A stretch of DNA of 64,000 nucleotides from Azolla caroliniana. Lineage: Eukaryota; Plantae; Polypodiophyta. Positions 1 to 10,558 of the stretch are shown one piece after another (position 1 is the stretch's first letter; every line of letters starts with the position of its first letter). The notes beneath the pieces are model-generated. The model worked only from the letters and a program-made list of their open reading frames with translations. It did not search any database and was not told the DNA's origin. The stretch lies in NCBI GenBank assembly GCA_043228905.1, contig JBHGNT010000001.1, forward strand, positions 24,676,001 to 24,740,000, read 5' to 3'. A program made the translations under genes and the position numbers.

Positions 1-397
1 ACTAAACTTACTACTAAGTGATTTTGTATATTTTCTTTTCATATTCAATATTCCATAGGAAACAAATACATAGAAAACCGTGTGCACAAAACCATGGTTT
101 AGCCCATGGTTTTAGCTCGTGGTTTTAGCCCATGGTTTTGCATGGAGAGACCAATAAAAACCTCCAGTTGGGCTTGTGTAAGGGGGGAAGCTATGTATTG
201 AAGGAAGAAACTTCTAATAAAGATATAGTCATCTTATTGGTGATGTATTTTGTCTCTAAAAATTGAAGTCAAGGGTTCAATCTCTCTATCTATCTTAAAT
301 ACTTTCTCTCTTATGCTAGTACAAACTTCAAATCCTTTTGGTCTAGGACCCTGGTGGTTCCGCTTCATTTCATGAACACACAAGGATTTCCTCGACA
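1..397 (+). mobile_element. Partial 5' LTR (R/U5 end, ...TTCCTCGACA) of a Ty3/gypsy-like element
   Basis: Ends in CGACA, followed after 7 nt by a PBS-like motif and a gag-like ORF. Positions ~320-397 align by eye with the reverse complement of 63778-63860 (caaactt.gaatcctt..ggtctag.accctgg.ggttccgc.tcat). Confidence 0.7.
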
Positions 398-404
398 TCT
401 TTCT

Positions 405-421
405 TGGTGAATCCAACATGA
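405..421 (+). promoter_or_regulatory. Primer binding site, tRNA-Trp-like
   Basis: TGGTGAATCCAACATGA versus the complement of the plant tRNA-Trp 3' end as recalled (TGGTGAACCCGACGTGA): 14/17 matches, all three mismatches are transitions. Confidence 0.6.
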
Positions 422-478
422 AGAAGCGGTAGGAAGGATCAAGATGAGGACTGACCGATACTTGGAGAGTTCGAAAGA

Positions 479-3400
479 ATGATGGTAATCCTTGAACAAA
501 TGATGAGATCTCGAGACAATGATGCGAGCATGGAGAAGGTTGTCGACCGTGTCATGGAGGTCAAGGGTCAATTTGATGGAAGGAACATTACGAAGTTCCT
601 TGATGCATACAAAAGGGAGATGAATCAGAGGGACGTGTCTGAAACACGTCAAATCTCAAGTTTCAAGAGAGTTGTCGCCAACAATGTCCAAAGGCGGGTC
701 ATCGAGCTTCAAGAAGGGAAGACAACATGGTCCGAGTTTGAGAAAGCAATATTAGCGAAGTTTGCGACGGAAGATTTGTCGAGGATGACTCGACATGTCT
801 TGATGAAGTGGATAGAGAAGAAAAATAAGACGATGAGCGCCTCGAGGGTATACGACGAGTTCAGCCAGATGTTTAGTCATCTCCCCGCCACAGACCAAGT
901 GGAAGGAACATTACGAAGTTCCTTGATGCATACAAAAGGGAGATGAATTAGAGGGACATTGTCGTGAAGTTATTGCTTCACGATGTCAAAACAATGTCAA
1001 AAATCTATAGAAAGAAATTTCCTATATGGAGCTTGTGACGAGAAGCATGTGCAAATTTTCGGTTTGTGAATTGGAGTTTAGGAGCCCAAGATACAAGCCT
1101 CGGAAGGATTAATGTTACTCGGGACACAAATATAATTATGTCAAAAGGGGGAGTCAAAATTAAATGAGGTCTATTTCTATAATTTCTCAAATGTACAACT
1201 ACAAAATCGAATTTGTAGAATCAATAAATAAAATAATATTAAATATAAATAAATAAATAAAAATAAAGATAAAGATAAAAAAATATCAACCGCCTCAAGA
1301 GGGTGGTAGGGCGGTTGACCACCCTATATAAGCCACGCCCATGGTGGCTAAAGGGGGAAGAAGGGGGAGAAGGGTAATAAGAAGAGAAAGGAAAAGCGAG
1401 TGAAGAAGCTCGCGTGGGTGTGGGATGCAGAGCTCGCCAAGTTAAAGTGGTGTATCTTAGATCCCTCTTTGTAAACAAAAGGTCAAGAGTTTGAATCCTC
1501 TTAGAACAACTTCTTTTGGTAATCAAATTTTGTAATATAAATTTAGTATATATAGAGTGAAAGAGAAAGAAAAATAAATAGAAACCAATTGAAGTGCTTT
1601 ATCTCAAACACTTCTTCTCAAATAGAGTTCATGAGTTCAAGTCTTGCCAAGTAACTTTTGGCAAATAAATATTGTAAGTGGTTGTTTTACAAATAAAATG
1701 CTTTTCGCGACAACGTCACATCTATCTTGCCTTCTCGGCTTCTTGTCATCGCACCATCTGCGATTACGCCTTGTCACCCCAATCATCCCCGAGTCACAGA
1801 ACCCCGGCAGTTGCGACACACAACCACAATCTTCTCGACAACGTGTCTAAAGCACGTAAAATCTCAAGTTTCAAGAGAGTTGCCGCCAACAATGTCCAAA
1901 GGCAGGTCATCGAGCTTCAAGAAGGGAAGACAACATGGTCCGAGTTCAAGAAAGCAATATTAGCAGAGTTTGCGACAGAAAATTTGTTGAGGATGACTGG
2001 ACATGTCTTGATGAAGTGGATAGAGAAGAAAAATAAGACGATGAGCGCCTAGATGTTTAGTCGTCTCCCCGCCACGGACCAAGTGTTGCTTGAGGCGGAC
2101 AAGACTTTGGACTTCCTGAAAGTTGTGGATATGAAGGATAGACGAGAATTGGGGCTCTCCTCGAAGATGATACCCAAGCGAACGGGCTTGTGGCAGACTC
2201 GATTGCGTTGGAGCGAGCGTGCAATAGGCTCGACAAGCGTCATCAATGGGTTGATTACACTGACTTGGCAAGATTGAGCCGGGAGAAAACAAAATAAACA
2301 AAAGTGGTTGAGCCACCCAAACAAAGCAACCCGGACGAAAAGAAGATTGATGATGACATCATTGAAGAACTAGCGACGAAGTTCAAGACGGTCACACTAG
2401 CGAACATGAATTGTTGGGGACCAAAAGGAAAAGAACCCCTTAGATGTGTGTGGGGCGACAACATGAACCACATGAGAAGGGATTGTGTGAGCCTCCGAGA
2501 GGCTATCCGACAAAATATCGTATACATGGATGGCAACATTATCTGCTCAAATGAAACCAGAAGACCCCTACGAGTGAATTTCGGAAGAGGGGGGATGAAG
2601 AAATCTATGGAAGATGTCCATGCAACTCATGTGGATGCGATGCACTATGCTGCATCGGCCGGAATAAGAGTCGGGAAAGGTAAAAATGAAGTTGATAGAA
2701 TGGGAACAAAGTTTTGGTCTTCCATTCTCAAGTGTAAGAAGAAGGGGAAAGTTACTTCGGACGAGGTAAAGCTTGTGGACCAAAATGTGCAAAGTATAAC
2801 TGGATGGTCGGATCCGGTAGATGACAACACCATACTCGCAGAAGTGATGTGTGACAACCACGAGGTGCTCGTGGATGAAAAGAGAAAAAGAATGGAAGAG
2901 CAAGACAACCCATCAAAAAGACATGAAACAAGGAGCACGAAAAAGAAAGAAGATGTGGAAGCAAGTCGAGCTTTACGAATGGAGGATGGAGACTCAAGCC
3001 GGAAAGGAGAGTCGAGCAAACGAGTCGAAGAAACGGTTCGGCCCATGAGGATTGATGTTGAAGACCCCACTCGAAAGACAAGAACTATGCCTACCTATAA
3101 ATAAGCTAAGGTCGGGCATAGAACAAACGACAAAGCTGAAGAAGACTCTCGAGGAACGTGTTCTTGATAGCCATATGACGTTGTCCTTGAGAGAATTGCT
3201 CGGCATTACAAAGGAGTTCCATGATACAATCGTGGACCTTGTAAAGAGAGAAAGGCAATAGTCAGACGAGGAAGAAGAGAAGCCACAAAAAGCAAAATCA
3301 AATGCCATAATGATGGCACAGGATGAAGTCAATGAAGATATGGTGGGCAGCCATTATACTCGGCCTCATTGGGCACGACCGACGACGGAGACGCCAGTAA

Positions 3401-3730
3401 AGTTGGGAGAGAGAAAAGACACATTCGTAGCTTTAGTAGACCATGGGTCTTAGATCAACCTTATGTCGACTGAGGTCTACAAAAAGGGAAGATAGACCAA
3501 AAATATGAATCATGGGTGGAAGATCCGTGTGGCAACGAAAGCTACTGAAGACTTGTATGGTGCATGTCCTAATATCCCCATCACGATTGGTGATGTCGAG
3601 ATAGATCAACATTTTTTTGTTCAAGATTCAACATCCCATCCTATCATTCTTGGGCAACCGTACATAACATCATCCCGGTGCGGCATTTGCTCGAGTAAAG
3701 AGTCTTGAAGGGAAGAAGGTCGTACAGTTC
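479..3730 (+). pseudogene. Decayed Ty3/gypsy-like gag-protease region
   Basis: Gag-like FDGRNITKFL...TWSEFEKAIL, a degenerate zinc knuckle (RCVWGD..NHMRRDC) and an aspartic protease motif ALVDHGS*INLMS near 3430. Many stops and frameshifts, an internal ~323-bp tandem duplication (578-900 repeated from 901), and the 960-1840 insertion. Confidence 0.7.
960..1840 (+). mobile_element. Solo LTR (960-1712) plus an adjoining U5-like fragment (1717-1840), inserted in gag
   Basis: Starts TGTCGTGAAG, with CCCTATATAAG TATA near 1323. Candidate ends TTTTCGCGACA (1712) and CTTCTCGACA (1840) are each followed by ACGT. Left flank is ACAT (956-959). Host gag resumes exactly at 1841. Confidence 0.75.
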
Positions 3731-3804
3731 TTCCTTTCGTGATTAGTTTGCCCTCCATCCCCCAGAGATGCAAGCAAACTCGACCTTTTTCCCCATCCCA
3801 TGAC

Positions 3805-4259
3805 TGTTACGGGCATGACCATCTAATATCCTATGGAGAGAATTTACCGTAGTTTTCTATACACGTGGATAAGTGTGAGGGTTAAACGAGAGTGTAAAGA
3901 AGGGGAGGATTACTTTTAATCCTCGAGATTGAGACAACCCATTAGGTCAAGTGTGAACTTGCCTGGGGGCCTTGGGTATCGCTATAAATAAGAGGCCTAG
4001 CTACCCTCATTTGATGATCCTTTGACTACATCGAGACTTTGCTCTTGTGGTGGGTCAACTCTTGTAGCGAGCGCGCCAGCACCAGGTACGACTCGATGCC
4101 ACGGCGGTGGTATGGGACGCCAATCGAGGCTCGAGTCCGTCTCGATCCCTTCGCTCGGGGGTGGTCGGGTGGATCGGCACCCTTCTTTCTCTTTCTCATT
4201 TCTATCTATCATTAGTTTATCCTTATCTTAAGCTTACTTTAGTACCTAGATCTCTAATA
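3805..4259 (+). repeat. 5' LTR of chromovirus copy A
   Basis: Direct repeat of 15489-15942; followed by the PBS. Confidence 0.95.
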
Positions 4260-4861
4260 TTTGGTATCAAAGCTATGTACTAATGTTTCTTTGTTTGTCT
4301 TTTGTCTTTTGATTGATGGTGATCGATCGATGTGTGGTCGGCCTTGATCCAGACAACAATCAACAAAGAACTTCGGTAACTCTTTCCGTAATTTTTTTTT
4401 CTATTCTCTCTTCTCCCATCTAATCATGTGTTTAGTTTATATGTCATTTTTTTTCATTAAGTCAATGATGTTGTAGTGGTCTTTAATTGATTATCTGAAA
4501 CGTTTACATATGTGCACGAGGTCAATACCTCGTTTGACATATAAATAATATGTGATGAGTGTCGTATGCGTACGAGTTTAATACCTCAATTACATATTAC
4601 ATTCACGAACATATTGTGAAATGCACATAAAATGAAACCAAACCAGCCTAGCTAGCTTCATACTTATCATTCAATATATAGAAGATACAAAGAACCCATT
4701 TTGGGACAGCCTAGCTACACGTGTCCCAAAATGGTGTGCTAAAATGGTGGGCTATAATGGGTGATGTGCTAAACGGGAGTGGCTAAAAGAGTGGTGTGTT
4801 CAAATGCATGCTCTTGCATGAAAGGGACACCACATTTCCCCCCTTAGAAAAACAAGGAGTG

Positions 4862-7800
4862 TTACGCTATGAGAGAAGGAGGGGTGCTAGAAGATAGGCT
4901 TGGGGTAGCATATGGCTTGATACGGGCAACATGGGCTGAGGTGAATCGACCGTTGGAATCGCGTCGGAGTAAGTAAGTCGTGGACTTGATGGCACGAATT
5001 ACGGTGAATGGGCTGATCCACCGGTGCATGAGGGATTCACTGAGACCACGCCGCCGGATCGGGAAGTAAACAAGGACTTTGGTTCCATCAGCATACGTCG
5101 GGGTGATTCGACCCACATCGTAGTGTCGCCTTTGACGTTGTTGTGCGACTTGTAGATTTCGGGAGCTAGCTTGTCGAAGGAGGGGGAGCATTTGTTGGAG
5201 ATAAAGCCCCCAAGTAGCATTATCCATGTTGGCAGGTTTAGAACAGATGTCAATGGACGTTTCTGGTGGGAGCCACGGGTCGCGTCCATAGAGTGCTCGA
5301 AAAGGGCTGATCCGTGTCGACGCTTGTACGGATGTATTGTAGGCATGGGTGACAAAAGGCAAGATTTGATCCCAGGTTTTGTGGCATGGATCGATGTAAG
5401 CGGCAATTTCTTGCTTGAGGGTCTTGTTGAGGCGTTCAGTGAGGCCATTTGTTTGAGGATGGTAAGGGGATGTAAACACTTGTTGGACACCTAGTTGAGT
5501 TGCCACAGCATTGAGGACATCCCCATGGAACTGGCGGCCCTGATCAGATAAGATTTGGATAGGGCAACCATGTTGAAATATTACCTTTTGCAAGAGTTGG
5601 GAGGCAATTGTTGGCGCAGTGACGTCGGGGATGGCAACAATTTCAGCCCATCGTGTGAGGTATTCTGTTATGACAAGGATATACTTGTTGCCCCTAGAGG
5701 TTTCGGGAAAAGGTCCCATGAAATCCCATCCGACCAACTCGAAAGGTGACGTGACGGTGATGGGTTGGAGTGTTCCAGCTGGCTTGCCCCCAGGTTTGAT
5801 GTGTTGACACAAAGCGCATGTTTTGATATAGGTAGAGACTGAGTGTCTCATGTTGGGCCAGTAATACTTGAGACATAATTTTTCAAGAACCTTGTGGAAA
5901 CCCAAGTGGCCCGACAATGGGTGGTCGTGATAAAATTGGAGATACGTTTGTTGTAGGGCATGAGGGATGTAGAGACGAGGCTCGTGATGCGCTTGAATGA
6001 AGAATACCAAGTTATCGCGGAGCATGAACCGTCATTGTGAGGGAAACGGTTGGAGGGAGCACAACTGATGGATTATCTGTTGGATGGCGGGGTCGTGTTG
6101 TTGAAGCGTAACGAGTTGTGGCAATGGTATCGGAAGATCGGATGTCTCAAGGAATTGGACAGCCTCGTAGTCGGCGCGAGAGAGACTATCAGCGACCAAA
6201 TTGGTTGCACCTTTCCGATAGGAGAGGGTAAACTGATACTCTTGAAGTGCCAGCGTCCATCGCAACAAGTGGCCTGGGGGGTGAGGTCGATGGATAAGAG
6301 AAAGCAAGGGTTGGTGGTCGATCTCAACCGTAACCTGTCCACCATGAAGGTATGGATGAAAACACTGGACAGACTAGACAATCGCAAGTAGCTCCTTCTC
6401 AGTGGTTGAGTAGTTGCGTTCAGCCGACGTGAGAGTCCGACTAATGAAGGCGACCGCCTTCTCTTGCCCACAACAATCGGCTTGCAAGAGGACGGCTCCT
6501 AACCCCTGGTTTGATGCGTCTGTCTGCAACGTGAACGGTCGATCAAAGTTAGGATGGGCGAGCAACCCCGATTCCTTGACCATGGTTTTAAGGCGACGAA
6601 AGCTATCTTCACAAGCAGGATCCCAACTGAATGACACGCCTTTCTTCAAGAGTTGGCGAAGGGGAAAAGTGACTAAGGCAAAGTTTGGGATGAAGCGAAA
6701 GGAAAAGGTGATCATGCCCAAAAAATGTTGCAAGGATTTGACTGAAGTGGGGCGAGGGTAGTCGTTGATGGCTGCTACCTTTGCAGGGTCCATACGGATT
6801 CCGTCACCAGAGATGATGAAGCCGAGAAAACGGAGCCTGGTGCTTCCCCATCGACACTTCTTCCATTGGAGCTGCAAGTTATGCTTAGTTATGCAAGCGA
6901 GGACTTCGGCGAGAGCTTGTAGATGGTCCTCCCAAGTGGCCGTGTGGATAAGGATGTCATCGAGATAAACGAGGAGGACACCTTTGTTGATAAGGGCGGA
7001 AAAAATGGAGTTGGCCATGCGTTGGAATGTGCTGCCAGCATCAAACAAGCCGAACAGCATGCGGGTGAATTGGAATAGCCCGCGGCGTGTGCGGAATGCG
7101 GTCTTGTGGGCATCAGAAGGTTTTAGGGGAATTTGCCAATATCCCGAGGCTAAGTCCAAGGAGGTAAAATAACGGGAGCCACCGATTTGATCCAAGAGGT
7201 CGTCCACGCGAGGGAGCGGGTAGAGGTCATGGATAGTCACTTTGTTAAGAGGCCTGAAGTCGATGCAAAAGCGGAAGGTGCCATCATCCTTCTTGATGAG
7301 GTGGGGTTCCGAAACCCAATCGCTGGTGGAAGGAACGATAATACCTTTGGTGAGCATGTCGGTGACGGCCGCATCAATGCGATCGTGGTCGAGAGGGGAA
7401 CGTCGGCGGGTAGCCATGCGGATCGGAGTGGCCTCCCCAGTACGAATGGCATGTTGTACCGGGAAAGAGACAGTAGGAGCATGTGTGGGTTGGAGGGTTA
7501 GTGATGGAAAACGGGCTAATAATTGGCGGATGGAGACCAATCGCTCTTGTGGACTAAGTGCTACCTGAACTTGGCTAAGGTGGGGGCTAGGGGAGCTATC
7601 TTGTAGAAGAGGGATAGGGGAAGCATGTGGGACAAGAAGTTTGTGGGCATCAAAATCAATCACAGCACGGCGCTTGAGGAACCAATCACAACCTAGGGTG
7701 AGGGGGAAGAGTTGGTGGGGCAAGACATAAAAGTGATGTGAGAAGGTGATAGTGCCTAAGGTGAAGGTGCAATGGGCTTGTGTGTGAGAGTGGTAAAGAT

Positions 7801-8032
7801 GTTGGTGATCGCCAAAAAGGACTTGGATGGAAGGAGCAGTGGATGTGGGGAGACCTAACCGGTGTACTAAGGCGGTGCTAATAGAAGATATACTACTACC
7901 AGTGTCTAATAAGATGGTGTGGGTGCAGTGATTAATGGTGGCGAGGGCGGTGCATACCCTCGAACTAGAAGAGGCGGACGCTTGGATGTGGAGGGTTGGC
8001 TCTTCCATCAGCACCCCAGACGTCAGTTTCCT
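4862..8032 (-). pseudogene. pol (PR-RT-RH-INT) of the nested gypsy, with premature stops
   Basis: LLDTGSS protease, YLDD RT, LQTDAS RNase H, HHCC plus D,D(35)E integrase (GWDFMG / ILSDQG / TERLN). No chromodomain. Split into ORFs 6374-8014, 6032-6307 and 4862-6025. Confidence 0.9.
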
Positions 8033-8962
8033 GGAAGCTCAGCCAACGATGCCGCGTCAGCCATAGTTATCTAGACTTGTTGCTTGTGAGATTGTTGTTG
8101 CAATTTCCGGCACTGACGTCGGACATGTCCATAATTGTGGCAGTAGAAACACCTCGGGCGCCCTTGGCTATCGTGATCGGGACAGTTGCGGCGAGCTTGC
8201 AATTGCATGTTTTAGACATCAATGTCCATGGGGGCCGCGCCTTGGTATTGGGCGCGTGAGTCGGTGGCTAATGGATGGGACCAACGAGGTTGGGTGCCAG
8301 ATAATGTACAAACTTCGATTCATTGGGTGATGAGGATGGCGTCTTTGAATGTCTGCGAACCTTGGTCCCGAGCGCGGCGAGTGATGTCGTGGCGCAGACG
8401 AGGCCATAAGAAGAAAAGCTTCATATGCTCGGGCATGGTAGGGTCAGCGCGAATGAGAAGTTGATTGAGGCGAACACCAAATTGGCCCACGGGTTCGTGT
8501 GCTTGTTGTTGCAATGTTTCGAGTTGTTGTAATGCCGTTTGGGCTGAATTTTGATGGGCGAAGTTTTGTACGAGGAGATCCCGAAGGATCACCCAATTCT
8601 CGGTCACGTCGCTTGATTGTTGGACGTACCAGGTGGCGGCGACGTTTTCGAGCAGGGTACGAACTTCCAAAGTTTTGCGCTCGTTGGACCATCGATGGTA
8701 ACTAGAGATCATCTCAAAATGATCCAACCAAGCTAAGACATCCTCGGAAGGCAATCCGGAGAAGGACTTCGGGCGCACCTTGGAATCTGGAGAGGAAGGA
8801 GAGCATAGCTTGATTCGTATGGCTGATTTGAAGCATGACGTTGGAGACGAGTTCCAAGAGCTGCTCCATTTGGAAAGGGGGAGGTCGTGCGTGAGGTTGC
8901 GAGAACTCAGGCTCCATCAGGGTATCGACGTTGGAGGCAGCGGAAGGGAATTGGGATGCCAT
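8023..8962 (-). pseudogene. gag of the nested gypsy
   Basis: PKSFSG..EDVLAWLDHFE capsid motif and CCHC knuckle CFYCHNYGHVRRQC; ends LPGN*. Two in-frame stops and one frameshift. Confidence 0.8.
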
Positions 8963-10558
8963 GAACAATGTAGTAGTGGCTAAAATTTGAGCCCGCTTCT
9001 CCACCAATTATGTGAAATGCACATAAAAGGAAACCAAACCAGCCTAGCTAGCTTCATACTTATCATTCAATATATAAAAGATAGAAAGAACCCATTTTGG
9101 GACGGCCTAGCTACACGTGTCCCAAAATGGTGTGCTAAAAGGGTGGGCTAAAATGGGTGATGTGCTAAACGGGAGTGGCTAAAAGAGTGGTGTGTTCAAA
9201 TGCATGCTCTTGCATGAAAGGGACACCACAATATGTTACGTTTGCGTATGAGTTTAATACCTTGATTTGTTGTAAAGGATATGTGTTTGGTCTCGTATGC
9301 GTAAGAGGTCAATACCTCAATTGCGTATTACGATGATCTCTTATTTGTGGATGTTTTGTGTGCGTAGAGGTATATACCTCGATTATGTATCTCAATCACA
9401 TCATTTGTGTCTATTTAATATAATGATATGTTTAATATAGGCATATGTGGTCAGGTATATACGTATTTGATCGTATATATGTGATAAGTAAACATATGTG
9501 TATATTCGTTATTACGTGATTATATCGAAAGTTGTCCTTGTCGGGAAAAGGATGTTGGTAGCCGTCCTCACATTTTTGTGAGAATGGCGTTGTCACCATC
9601 CCTTTTTCAACAATTTTTTATTGTTGATGACCTCGATTTCGTTACATAAAGAAACGATTATAGCCATAATGATGTTGAGTACGTAGGGCTTGACCCACTT
9701 CAAGTGAGGTCGCTCCAATGACACACGTATCCAACATCCCTCCCTCGTTACATGGATACGATGCCACCATGAGCTCGTTCTTACGAGAGGCATTCGTAAT
9801 GACGTGACCATGTGATGGGCCACGTGGGCCTACTACGAAACGAGGGCTCATTTGGCTTGACCATTAGGTTGCCCTTTGGCATATGCCATCGTAATTACGA
9901 GACTTGAGGTTAGGTAACGTACCAACATAGTTTTGGTAAATGAGGGTGAAATAAGGACCCTTGACATATATGTTCTTTTAAAAAAAACATATATGATCAA
10001 ATGCCTCGCATATCTCTTATACGCATCAAACATTAAGAATTTGAGAAGACCTACTTACTTGGTTGGCTCAAGTGTCTAATGTATTTGTTCTCGAGGTCTC
10101 GAGTTCAAATATGACCAAGACCATACAATATCCTTGATACATATGACTATTAACACATGTTTAGACTTAAGGTCTAAGTGCACCTCGGGGTCCTCATAAT
10201 AGGACTTAAAGAGCCGAAACCACATATGTGGGCAAAGAAACATAGTTTATTCTTAACATTTTTTTCGTGTATAAACTACTCATGACGCGAACATACATGG
10301 TTGAGCCTCGGGGAGCCGCCATGAAAAAATCGATATAGAGATCAAGGAAAGACATTAAATTGTCACCCCCATGGTTTTTAAAACACCTTTGTGTTACCAT
10401 AGTAACCTGATCTTGAACCTCATCTCATACGTCTAGAGGGGTATAGACGTGAGATCATGATATCGATTAATGTTTGCCCATGATATGTTTACATCACGAC
10501 ATGATGTTATGACTATCTCTCTAACCTTATCCTATTTCTTTTCCAGAAATAATCTTTA

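Larger units (their letters stand above)
4615..9230 (-). mobile_element. Full-length non-chromoviral Ty3/gypsy nested in the 5' leader of chromovirus A
   Basis: 220-bp LTRs 4615-4834 and 9011-9230 (TG...CA), 4-bp TSD ATAT (empty site acgaacATATgttacg is visible in copy B), PBS TGGTGGAGAAGCGGGC (8991-9006, tRNA-Ala-like), PPT at ~4835-4845. Confidence 0.95.

Noticed and set aside
3997-4231. Short ORFs recurring at 15680-15914, 52685-53138 and 59268-59721
   Set aside because: They recur only because they lie within LTR copies; no recognisable domain.
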